Source of the DNA: Octopus bimaculoides
Lineage: Eukaryota
Length of the DNA stretch: 44,600 nt
Direction of reading: 5' to 3'
NCBI RefSeq assembly: GCF_001194135.2
Contig: NC_068994.1
Span: 33,776,515-33,821,114 of the forward strand
The notes beneath the pieces are model-generated. The model was not told where the DNA came from. It searched no databases and saw only the letters and a program-made list of their open reading frames with translations. Positions 22,969 through 35,288 of this stretch are shown one piece after another; within the stretch, counting starts at the first letter, position 1, and every line of letters begins with the position of its first letter. The position numbers were made by a program, and so were the translations under genes.

Positions 22969-23782
22969 NNNNNNNNNNNNNNNNNNNNNNNNNNNNNNNN
23001 NNNNNNNNNNNNNNNNNNNNNNNNNNNNNNNNNNNNNNNNNNNNNNNNNNNNNNNNNNNNNNNNNNNNNNNNNNNNNNNNNNNNNNNNNNNNNNNNNNNN
23101 NNNNNNNNNNNNNNNNNNNNNNNNNNNNNNNNNNNNNNNNNNNNNNNNNNNNNNNNNNNNNNNNNNNNNNNNNNNNNNNNNNNNNNNNNNNNNNNNNNNN
23201 NNNNNNNNNNNNNNNNNNNNNNNNNNNNNNNNNNNNNNNNNNNNNNNNNNNNNNNNNNNNNNNNNNNNNNNNNNNNNNNNNNNNNNNNNNNNNNNNNNNN
23301 NNNNNNNNNNNNNNNNNNNNNNNNNNNNNNNNNNNNNNNNNNNNNNNNNNNNNNNNNNNNNNNNNNNNNNNNNNNNNNNNNNNNNNNNNNNNNNNNNNNN
23401 NNNNNNNNNNNNNNNNNNNNNNNNNNNNNNNNNNNNNNNNNNNNNNNNNNNNNNNNNNNNNNNNNNNNNNNNNNNNNNNNNNNNNNNNNNNNNNNNNNNN
23501 NNNNNNNNNNNNNNNNNNNNNNNNNNNNNNNNNNNNNNNNNNNNNNNNNNNNNNNNNNNNNNNNNNNNNNNNNNNNNNNNNNATTTACATTGATATTCGT
23601 ATCACTCCCTGTGTCTTGTTTGCTTTTGTGACTGTCCACCATGTCCGCTTATTAGTCCGTTAAAGGTGTGAAATTGTAAAGACTTTTTTAGACGCTGACT
23701 GACAAAGAAAGAGCATGTCCATATCTTGTGCGTGAATTTTCTGTTAGTTCCTTTGTCGTATTTCTGTTTAATTTTTGAAACT

Positions 23783-23818
<36 letters not shown>

Positions 23819-24123
23819 GTAAATTTCCAAATTAGGTTGGTAGGGATATACAATCCTAGGGGGTACCGCATTCACTGTTACCGGTTAATAATGCTGGCTC
23901 ACCTCCCTCAGTGTAGAAAAACTCCAGGTAGTTTTTTTACTATCCTCAGTAGATCTCTACATCAGTAAGTCCATTTGCATCTATAAAGTCTGCATGTTGT
24001 CGATAGCAAAGAAATAATAAATTAATAATTAGAACAGAGATTTATATATCCAGTTTTATTCTGCAGTCACTCGCGTTTCCTCCTTTTCTGCATCTGCATA
24101 TGTTTCTGCTGCAATTTAGTGCT

Positions 24124-24250
24124 CAGCTGAGTGGACTGGAGCAAGGTGAAATAAATTATCTTCGTCAAGGATACAACGGGCCGTCGCTGATTGAACACAT
24201 AACCTTACAATCGTCAGCCGAATGATCTAACCACTACACCAAGCGCCTCC
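24124..24250 (-). mobile_element. tRNA-derived SINE 5' part (third family, CAGCTGAGTGGACTGGAGC core)
   Basis: Reverse complement gives a tRNA-like head (GGAGGCGCTTGGTGTAGTGGTTAGATCATTCGGCTGACG..GGTTATGTGTTCAATC) followed by a conserved core. Confidence 0.7.
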
Positions 24251-24641
24251 ACACACACACGCGCGTATATACACATGTATATACGTATACATATACGTAT
24301 ATACATATGAATATACGAATATATATATATATTATATATATATATATATNNNNNNNNNNNNNNNNNNNNNNNNNNNNNNNNNNNNNNNNNNNNNNNNNNN
24401 NNNNNNNNNNNNNNNNNNNNNNNNNNNNNNNNNNNNNNNNNNNNNNNNNNNNNNNNNNNNNNNNNNNNNNNNNNNNNNNNNNNNNNNNNNNNNNNNNNNN
24501 NNNNNNNNNNNNNNNNNNNNNNNNNNNNNNNNNNNNNNNNNNNNNNNNNNNNNNNNNNNNNNNNNNNNNNNNNNNNNNNNNNNNNNNNNNNNNNNNNNNN
24601 NNNNNNNNNNNNNNNNNNNNNNNNNNNNNNNNNNNNNNNNN

Positions 24642-24810
24642 TCCTTCGTCTTTCCCTTCTTTGGACTTTCCTTTGTTTCCAACGAAGAGCTCCGCTCGAA
24701 ACGTCAAATTCTCTTTCTTTCCTTCCCCGAGCGTCCAGTAACACAATCTGTATCACGTCCTCACGTTGTTGTCTTTTGTTGTTGTTTTTTTGTATTTTTC
24801 CTTTTTTGAA
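24642..24810 (+). mobile_element. Penelope-like terminal fragment with degenerate hammerhead-like motif
   Basis: TTT-CCAACGA-A-GAGC tcc GCTC-GAAACGTC-AAA at 24676-24708; same architecture as 10849-10884. Confidence 0.55.
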
Positions 24811-24853
<43 letters not shown>

Positions 24854-25504
24854 GCATTGTAGAAAACCACTGACCGATAAAATCGTATACGTATATTGAG
24901 GGTCCCTAATTCTTCATCAGTTATCAACCAAAATGGTAATACTATATGTAACTTTCAGACATCCACACATCCATCCACACATACGTTTTTAGTGTCATGA
25001 AATCTTGCAGCCAATATGACAGCCGTTTCTATCGAGAAACAAAATATATGGATATCTGTTGCAAGAAATATTACTCAATAACAACAGTTATCTCGTGCAT
25101 GGCTTACCATTAAAACGGGATAAACGCTAGCAAGTCGTGAATTTGACGGAAAATTTGGCGAAAGCTTAATTATGTTTGAATTTATCGTATGTAAGCGATA
25201 ATCTTTCTAGTTCGATCTTAATTTCTATTCGTATAGATTTTCTTGAACAGAAACCTGATGTTTCTGTACGTTGATGAGAAACTTGTTAGATACATTATTC
25301 GAGGAAATTCACCGGATAAATCACGTGAATGGCATAACCATGGAGCGATAAGAATTGGAATTTTTTTTTTGTATTCTTTTTTCTTTATTGTCAAGTGTTC
25401 GGTCGGTTGCTTCCTTGTTTCCTTGTCATGTGTATGCTGAGAGTGAATTGACTACTTAACCACAACAACAGCAGCAACAGAAACAACAATCACGAACACA
25501 TCAG

Positions 25505-25633
25505 GAAGAAGAAGAAGAAGAAGAAGAAGAAGAAGAAGAAGAAGAAGAAGAAGAAGAAGAAGAAGAAGAAGAAGAAGAAGAAGAAGAAGAAGAAGAAGAA
25601 GAAGAAGAAGAAGAAGAAGAAGAAGAAGAAGAA
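25505..25633. repeat. perfect (GAA)43 microsatellite
   Basis: 129 bp of uninterrupted GAA. Confidence 0.95.
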
Positions 25634-25894
25634 TAACGACAACAACAACAACAGCATTAGCTACAACAACAGAAACGATGTCGTCGACTATGAAGACGCT
25701 GACGGCAACAACCATTCACGAAGGAAGGTGATATGTATAAGTACATGTTTGAGCCTTCAGCAATGTTTTTCACTCTACCTACTACTGGAAACACATTAAA
25801 CTGGAGAAGAAGACAACAAAAAAAAGACAGTAGCTAATACAATTGCGATGACGACAGTGACGAGGACAACCACAACAGCAACAACCACCACCAA

Positions 25895-25948
<54 letters not shown>

Positions 25949-26405
25949 CATGCAAAACTGAAACTACAATAATTGTAATAACTGTTATATGTAACAACAA
26001 GAACTAAGAAATGGTTGGTAGAAGACAGAAGCTTGTATATAGAACATATTGAATATCGATCTAGTGGTTTCGATAACCAAATCTTTTCTTATTCTTCTCT
26101 TCCTTTTGCGAGAAAAAGAAGAAGAAAAACCCACACTGGAGAGGCATAAGGTCCACCGCGTTGTCGAAACATTTAAATGCGTCTGGACAAGAACAACGCT
26201 AGATACAACAACGAAGAGGAAGAAGAAGAAGATGAAGAAGGAGGAGAAGAAGGACAAGAAGGAGAAGGGGTGGAGGTAGAAGGAGAAGGGGGAGGAGAGG
26301 AGGCTGGAGGGAGGGCGTAGAGAAAGCATCTGTCGTTGCTTCCCTATAATTTCAACAGTCCTCAAGAACCATTAGCCGTGCCAAAAGGTTTCAGGCAAGA
26401 CACAA

Positions 26406-26449
<44 letters not shown>

Positions 26450-26829
26450 NNNNNNNNNNGCGCACACGCATACAGATACACCAACATACACTTACAAAAT
26501 CTCTTCTCTAGACACACATACATAACAATATACAAGCATTCTCATATATAGACACGTATATACACTCGTACACACATCTATGCGCAAACACACACGCATA
26601 AATTTACACCTCTACTTAAATACACACATACTCATACACGCACTTATGCAGAAACATATACAGACGTACACATGCACAAACACTTGCACATACACTCCAT
26701 TACACAATCGCATACGAACACACATGCACAATGATATTCATACACAATCATATACCAACACACACGCATGCCTGGACACCTACATACACACGGTTATGTA
26801 GATTCCAATGTTGAAGTGATGCTACAAGA

Positions 26830-26906
<77 letters not shown>

Positions 26907-27236
26907 ATGTATATATATGTATATATATATATATGTATATGTATATGTATATATATGTGTATATATGTATATATATGTATATATATATATATATANNNNN
27001 NNNNNNNNNNNNNNNNNNNNNNNNNNNNNNNNNNNNNNNNNNNNNNNNNNNNNNNNNNNNNNNNNNNNNNNNNNNNNNNNNNNNNNNNNNNNNNNNNNNN
27101 NNNNNNNNNNNNNNNNNNNNNNNNNNNNNNNNNNNNNNNNNNNNNNNNNNNNNNNNNNNNNNNNNNNNNNNNNNNNNNNNNNNNNNNNNNNNNNNNNNNN
27201 NNNNNNNNNNNNNNNNNNNNNNNNNNNNNNNCAAGA

Positions 27237-27296
<60 letters not shown>

Positions 27297-27319
27297 CACA
27301 TATATATACATATATACAC

Positions 27320-27351
<32 letters not shown>

Positions 27352-27401
27352 ATATACATATATATACATACACACACACACATATATATATATATATACA
27401 T

Positions 27402-27433
<32 letters not shown>

Positions 27434-27689
27434 TTATATATATATGCATACACACACAAACAGGCATATATATATAAATATATGTATTATAATACATGTA
27501 TATATGTATTGTTATATGTATGCATAAACGATCTTTGCTTCCATGTATGTATGTATGCAGGTATGTAATTATGCATGTATGTATGTACCTGTGTATGTGT
27601 TTATGTAATCCTGTTAGAGCAGGGAACACAATCCTGTCTTTGATGACAGCTGACGAGCAGCAAAGCCAGAAAAGAAGCAAGCAACGATA

Positions 27690-27765
27690 GTGGTGTGCTC
27701 GAGGTGGTGGTGGTGGTGGCGTTGGTTCGATGATGCTGTTCGTGGTCCTCGTGGTTGCGGTATTG

Positions 27766-27816
<51 letters not shown>

Positions 27817-29140
27817 GTAGTAGTAGTAGTAGTAGCATAGAAACGATATGTGATGCATTGGGTAGGTAGAAGTGGTGGTGGTCATCGTGGTATTGTTGCC
27901 GGTGTTTTGTCGTGGTGATAACCGTGTTGGTTTTGAATGACGGCAGTAGTCGTAGTTATGCTAATTATGGTTATGGTTGAAGTAGTAAGGGTGGTATTTT
28001 TCTTGGTGGTCTTTGTGAGTGTGGTAGTAGTGGTAGTGGTAGTGGTAGCGTCATAGTCATCGGTGTTAACGATTATGCCCATAACAATGTCAGTGTTGTT
28101 GTTTCCATTGGTAATGGTAGTGGTGATGGTAGTAGTGGTGGTGGTGATGGAGGTTGTGGTGATGGTAGTAGTGGTGGTGTTAATTGTGGCGATGATAGAT
28201 AAGGTGATGGTAGTAATAGTGGGGGTAATTGGACTGATGTTAGTGGTCGTATTGATGGTAGTGGTAGTCGTTGTGGTGGTGTTGGCAGTGGTGATGATGG
28301 TAGTGGTGGTGGTGGTGGGGTGGTAGTGGTGGTGGTAGTGGTGGTGGTGGTAGTAGTGATGGTGGTAGTGGTGGTGGTGGCAGTGGTGGTGGTGCTGGTG
28401 CTGGTGGTGCTGGTGGTGCTGCTGGTACTAGTGGTGGTNNNNNNNNNNNNNNNNNNNNNNNNNNNNNNNNNNNNNNNNNNNNNNNNNNNNNNNNNNNNNN
28501 NNNNNNNNNNNNNNNNNNNNNNNNNNNNNNNNNNNNNNNNNNNNNNNNNNNNNNNNNNNNNNNNNNNNNNNNNNNNNNNNNNNNNNNNNNNNNNNNNNNN
28601 NNNNNNNNNNNNNNNNNNNNNNNNNNNNNNNNNNNNNNNNNNNNNNNNNNNNNNNNNNNNNNNNNNNNNNNNNNNNNNNNNNNNNNNNNNNNNNNNNNNN
28701 NNNNNNNNNNNNNNNNNNNNNNNNNNNNNNNNNNNNNNNNNNNNNNNNNNNNNNNNNNNNNNNNNNNNNNNNNNNNNNNNNNNNNNNNNNNNNNNNNNNN
28801 NNNNNNNNNNNNNNNNNNNNNNNNNNNNNNNNNNNNNNNNNNNNNNNNNNNNNNNNNNNNNNNNNNNNNNNNNNNNNNNNNNNNNNNNNNNNNNNNNNNN
28901 NNNNNNNNNNNNNNNNNNNNNNNNNNNNNNNNNNNNNNNNNNNNNNNNNNNNNNNNNNNNNNNNNNNNNNNNNNNNNNNNNNNNNNNNNNNNNNNNNNNN
29001 NNNNNNNNNNNNNNNNNNNNNNNNNNNNNNNNNNNNNNNNNNTACAGGTGGCGATGGTAGTGGTGATAGTAATGATGGGGATAGTGGTGGTGGTGGTGGT
29101 GGTGGTGATGATGGTGGTGGTGATGGTGATGATGGTAGTG

Positions 29141-29172
<32 letters not shown>

Positions 29173-29290
29173 GGTGATAGTGATAGTGGTTGTGGTGGCG
29201 TTGGTGGTGTTAGTTGCAGTGATAATAGCGGTGGCGGTGATGGTTGTGGTGGTGATAGGTGATGGAGGTGACGAAGACGGCGACGGTGGC
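27690..29290. repeat. G-rich degenerate trinucleotide domain (GGT/GTA/GAT)n with an internal gap
   Basis: Seen directly. Confidence 0.9.
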
Positions 29291-29453
29291 TAACATCGGC
29301 GCACCGCGACGACAGCGGCGGCGATGCTTGATGGCGATGCTGTCTCAGAAGATGTCGGCAGAAGATAATGATGAAAATTTCTTAATATCCAGAAATAACG
29401 TGCTATTATTACAATACATGACTATGTATGAAGGCAGCGACAACAGCAACAAT

Positions 29454-29503
<50 letters not shown>

Positions 29504-31238
29504 GAATCAAAACCAACAAATACCAAGAATAAAATCTTGTTGAAGTAAAAGAGACACAAACAGAGAACTGTATAATTTTGCAGAACCACAACCAACCGGG
29601 ATGAGGTACAGGNNNNNNNNNNNNNNNNNNNNNNNNNNNNNNNNNNNNNNNNNNNNNNNNNNNNNNNNNNNNNNNNNNNNNNNNNNNNNNNNNNNNNNNN
29701 NNNNNNNNNNNNNNNNNNNNNNNNNNNNNNNNNNNNNNNNNNNNNNNNNNNNNNNNNNNNNNNNNNNNNNNNNNNNNNNNNNNNNNNNNNNNNNNNNNNN
29801 NNNNNNNNNNNNNNNNNNNNNNNNNNNNNNNNNNNNNNNNNNNNNNNNNNNNNNNNNNNNNNNNNNNNNNNNNNNNNNNNNNNNNNNNNNNNNNNNNNNN
29901 NNNNNNNNNNNNNNNNNNNNNNNNNNNNNNNNNNNNNNNNNNNNNNNNNNNNNNNNNNNNNNNNNNNNNNNNNNNNNNNNNNNNNNNNNNNNNNNNNNNN
30001 NNNNNNNNNNNNNNNNNNNNNNNNNNNNNNNNNNNNNNNNNNNNNNNNNNNNNNNNNNNNNNNNNNNNNNNNNNNNNNNNNNNNNNNNNNNNNNNNNNNN
30101 NNNNNNNNNNNNNNNNNNNNNNNNNNNNNNNNNNNNNNNNNNNNNNNNNNNNNNNNNNNNNNNNNNNNNNNNNNNNNNNNNNNNNNNNNNNNNNNNNNNN
30201 NNNNNNNNNNNNNNNNNNNNNNNNNNNNNNNNNNNNNNNNNNNNNNNNNNNNNNNNNNNNNNNNNNNNNNNNNNNNNNNNNNNNNNNNNNNNNNNNNNNN
30301 NNNNNNNNNNNNNNNNNNNNNNNNNNNNNNNNNNNNNNNNNNNNNNNNNNNNNNNNNNNNNNNNNNNNNNNNNNNNNNNNNNNNNNNNNNNNNNNNNNNN
30401 NNNNNNNNNCACCACCACCATCATCATCATCATCATCGTCATCACTATTACCGCAACTACAGTACTAATAACTTCGTTTCCTCCTCATTTATTTCCATCA
30501 CTACAACCACCGCAGCCACTACCCCCCATCTCCACCATCACTATCACCTATACAACAACAGCACTACAAACACATCTACCACCATTACACCATTGCCACC
30601 ACCATCACCAAAACCGCCGCCACCTCTACTACCTCCGCAACAACAAGCAGGAAAAAGACCACTATCATCACTACAGCAACACCAGCACTATCACCTTCAC
30701 TGCAACAATAGCAACAACAAAACAATAATGATATGACTAGCACCACCAGAAACACCACTACCACGACCAACAACACTACTACTACCACCACTAACATCAA
30801 CCATCACATTATCGCTGCCGCAACAATGACATCAGCAACTCCCCAATCCTGACCATTGTCCTTACAACCACCACCTTAACTACAACATAAACAATAATAT
30901 AAACACCACAATCACAACCACCACCACCAACACTAACGCCAACACCAACACCACCGCCGCCGCACCAGCAACAGCCATAGCGAAGACCGCTACGATTACA
31001 ACAAAACCATAATATAAGCACCACAATCTGAACCACCGCCACTATCACCACCACCACCACCACCACAACAACAACAACAACAAAAATAGCAACAACAACA
31101 ACAACAACAACGACAACAGCAATAGCAACAACAAACACCATTGCCACCACCGGCACTATCACCTTCTCCGTCCATTTTTATCCCGTTACAGTCTCACTGT
31201 TTCATTTCTGTCTTTTAATATACAGCTTTAGTTTCAAT

Positions 31239-31520
31239 ATGGCTACAGAAGTGAAGAAGAGAAGGAGAGCAAGGTTCTGGAGAGCTAGGTGTTGGAGAGC
31301 AAAGTGTTGGAGAGCAAGGTGTTGGAGAGCAAAGTGTAGGAGAGCAAAGTGTTGGAGAGCAAAGTGTTGGAGAGCAAAGTGTTGGAGAGCAAAGTGTTGG
31401 AGAGCAAGGTGTTGTCACTGGAAAGCAATCGATATAACTCTGTCAACCAGCATTTTAGCTGTGGTATTGTCGTTTCTCTCGTCAGCTGCACACTCATCAA
31501 TACCGCTAATAACAATATAA
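31239..31520 (+). CDS. hypothetical 93-aa basic Cys/Trp-rich repeat peptide (WRAKC)n
   Basis: ATG lies 13 nt after a strong acceptor (TTTCATTTCTGTCTTTTAATATACAG, ending 31225); this is the only frame open from the acceptor through the array. No expression evidence. Confidence 0.22.
   Translation: MATEVKKRRRARFWRARCWRAKCWRARCWRAKCRRAKCWRAKCWRAKCWRAKCWRARCCHWKAIDITLSTSILAVVLSFLSSAAHSSIPLITI
31264..31413 (+). repeat. 15-bp minisatellite GGAGAGCAA(A/G)GTGTT x10
   Basis: Units start at 31264 and every 15 bp to 31399; a degenerate 11th unit starts at 31420. Confidence 0.95.
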
Positions 31521-32164
31521 ATACTAAGAGTAAGACTACCATGCACACAATCATCAATACTAGCGCTGCCACACAAGCAGCAACGCTACAACGCAAGCTG
31601 TAACACTACCGCTCTTGACACTGGCACCTCTACCAACGCCAAGAGTAACTCTATTACTCGCAAATGAAACCGAGGCACGCTGTCGCGTTCGTTGTGACCG
31701 CTAGTAGTGGTACCGGCTCTAACATTAGCATCACAAATACCAGCTGTCTCAAACACCACCACCACCACCATCACCACCATCACCACCACCACCAGCAACA
31801 CAGCAACAACCATCCTCATGACCTTTAGTAACCATTCTCAGTACCACTTCCGATAACAATACTACTCACCGCCGCAGACAGTGTTAACATTGTCGCCACA
31901 ATCCCCACTACTAACGCCATAACTTCAATATCAACAGCACCTCCACCAGTACTACTACTGATACCACCACCACCACCACCACTACCACCACCACCACCAC
32001 CACTACCACCACCATTGCCGCCGCTGTTGCTACTACTACTACTACTACTACTACTACTAACGCAAACACCTTCTCAGTCAGCACCAATAATATCGGCAAC
32101 AACCAAATTTTGGAAAACTAAAGAGAATATATTTAACAGTGGGTCTACTACTATCTATCTATCG

Positions 32165-32207
<43 letters not shown>

Positions 32208-32389
32208 NNNNNNNNNNNNNNNNNNNNNNNNNNNNNNNNNNNNNNNNNNNNNNNNNNNNNNNNNNNNNNNNNNNNNNNNNNNNNNNNNNNNNNNNNNNNN
32301 NNNNNNNNNNNNNNNNNNNNNNNNNNNNNNNNNNNNNNNNNNNNNNNNNNNNNNNNNNNNNNNNNNNNNNNNNNNNNNNNNNNNNNNNN

Positions 32390-32432
<43 letters not shown>

Positions 32433-32772
32433 TATACCACCACCACTACCACCATCCACTCCACTACCACCATCCACTCCACTTCACCATATGTAAGTAC
32501 ACACCAGATCAACTTTAGATCTTGTCATTTGAAATGAATATACTTGGTCGTTGTTCAAGATTTTAAACAACCCTAGGTAGAGTTCTTGTTTTCTGATCGC
32601 AAGCGTAATCTCAGTTGATCAAAGTATTGCAATGCACTGCTTTCCATTATATGACAATCTGCCATATTTGTATGCACTACGCATGACACTGCTCAAAAGT
32701 ATTTTCCTTCGGCCATATTGTTGATGGTTAATAAACAGCATCATCACATTCTCCCTGTTTATACATATACAT

Positions 32773-32877
<105 letters not shown>

Positions 32878-33508
32878 CACACACATACACAGACACATGC
32901 ACACGCATTTGCATACACACACACAGAGACACACATAGTAAGAAGCGCCGAGAACATTATTTGTATTCTTACGCTTTAAAATACATGTGTATCAAGGAAA
33001 CCATGACAGTTTACCATAGACATGCAAAAATACTTAAATACTTTCACCTAACATGCCTGCAAAAATTTCTCAACACTAAATGTCAGGATAACTTTCCTAA
33101 TGCTGCTGTGCTAGAGAGAGATTTAATATGTCAAGCATGTATGCTTTCCTAAGCAAATTCCAGCTGCAGTGAAGTGGTCACGTAATGCGCATGCCCGACT
33201 TCAGACTCCAGACTCACCACGTCATAGACCAAAGTGGCGTTACAAAGACATTTAGAACAGTGTAACTTAGGGCTGTCTAGATGGGTGCATCTTACTCAAG
33301 ATCTATTCCCACTTAAACGTGGATGTTCTGTTCGAACAAATTATATTGCGGTAGATGCCATAAGAGAAACTCTCATATCAGCTTTTGATGCAAAATACGC
33401 TAATACACTCTTGTTTATATATCGCTAGCGGGGAGATAAATCCTGGCCACCTTCAACGCCGAGACCACCAGATGACGTAATTTCGACCTTTCTTTGTCTT
33501 TCCGCCAG

Positions 33509-33639
33509 CAATATATAGAAAACACTGCCAGGATAGGCACTGGTGTCACGATCGTTTAATGTTCCTCACCGTGGCGTGGTGCCAAGTATTCTGGAGCAGA
33601 GCACTAAGAATCAGAAATGATCAGAGAAACCAAAGACAG
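33509..33639 (+). CDS. candidate exon (IYRKHCQDRHWCHDRLMFLTVAWCQVFWSRALRIRNDQRNQRQ)
   Basis: Strong acceptor TTTCTTTGTCTTTCCGCCAG and CAG|GTGGGC donor; one frame open for 43 codons. Confidence 0.18.
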
Positions 33640-34353
33640 GTGGGCTGCATGGAAAACAAGTGTACCTCTGGATCTCGATTCTGGTATTGCGTACTGCCCG
33701 CGTAGCCGTAGATTTTNNNNNNNNNNNNNNNNNNNNNNNNNNNNNNNNNNNNNNNNNNNNNNNNNNNNNNNNNNNNNNNNNNNNNNNNNNNNNNNNNNNN
33801 NNNNNNNNNNNNNNNNNNNNNNNNNNNNNNNNNNNNNNNNNNNNNNNNNNNNNNNNNNNNNNNNNNNNNNNNNNNNNNNNNNNNNNNNNNNNNNNNNNNN
33901 NNNNNNNNNNNNNNNNNNNNNNNNNNNNNNNNNNNNNNNNNNNNNNNNNNNNNNNNNNNNNNNNNNNNNNNNNNNNNNNNNNNNNNNNNNNNNNNNNNNN
34001 NNNNNNNNNNNNNNNNNNNNNNNNNNNNNNNNNNNNNNNNNNNNNNNNNNNNNNNNNNNNNNNNNNNNNNNNNNNNNNNNNNNNNNNNNNNNNNNNNNNN
34101 NNNNNNNNNNNNNNNNNNNNNNNNNNNNNNNNNNNNNNNNNNNNNNNNNNNNNNNNNNNNNNNNNNNNNNNNNNNNNNNNNNNNNNNNNNNNNNNNNNNN
34201 NNNNNNNNNNNNNNNNNNNNNNNNNNNNNNNNNNNNNNNNNNNNNNNNNNNNNNNNNNNNNNNNNNNNNNNNNNNNNNNNNNNNNNNNNNNNNNNNNNNN
34301 NNTATATATATATATATATAGACAGACAGATAGATAGATAGACAGATAGATAC

Positions 34354-34398
<45 letters not shown>

Positions 34399-34936
34399 CA
34401 GATAGATAGATAGATGGATAGACAGATAGATAGATAGATAGATACATACATACATACGTACATGCATATATTTTCATATATATATGTACATATATAGTTG
34501 TATGCATATACCGATACACCCAATTGATGAGTATATATGCATATATTATGTGTGTGTGAGAGTGTATATACAAGTTGTGGTTCAACAAAACAGAGATCGA
34601 TAAAATAAGTCCCGGATTGAAGTACTCTTCTCTGTCTATCTGTTACGTCAGCAATATTTCAGCCAATCATAAATATTTTTCATGCACATAGACATACACG
34701 AGCACATACGTGTGCAAATATGCACTGCTTTGCAGTCATTATATTGTATTGTAGATGTGAGGGAGTGCGCATATTTATATCTATCAGGGGCACAAACACT
34801 CCTATATACACATATATGCATAAACTCTACACGTACGTTCTTTTCACGCGCTCTTTCTTTCTCTCACCATCTCTCTCTTTCTCTCTCTTCCTCCTGCTCT
34901 CTTTCTCATACACATCCGTTAAACGCAAGCACACAA

Positions 34937-35061
<125 letters not shown>

Positions 35062-35248
35062 AACACAACACATATGCACGCAGACGCACACAGACACACA
35101 CACACGTACCGCATACACACAAGGACACACACGTAAACACAAAAACCATACACATCAACACAAACATACACAAGCACACACACACAAGCACATTCACTAA
35201 CACGGTACCAAAGCACTTACATATACACGCACAATCTCTTCTCTCTTT

Positions 35249-35288
<40 letters not shown>

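Larger units (their letters stand above)
30411..32060. repeat. C/A-rich degenerate trinucleotide domain (ACC/ACT/AAC/ATC)n
   Basis: Seen directly; complementary in composition to 27690-29290. Confidence 0.9.

Noticed and set aside
26825-27420. Apparent duplication CAAGAT(GT)n(AT)n on both sides of a gap
   Set aside because: The same unique anchor precedes near-identical microsatellite on each side of the N-run; most likely redundant contig ends (assembly artefact).
31264-31413. CRISPR-like array
   Set aside because: Units are directly adjacent with no unique spacers, there are no cas genes, and the context is eukaryotic.
33234-33428. ORF vaguely resembling a Tc1 transposase C-terminus
   Set aside because: No recognisable catalytic motif or TIRs; similarity too weak to support.
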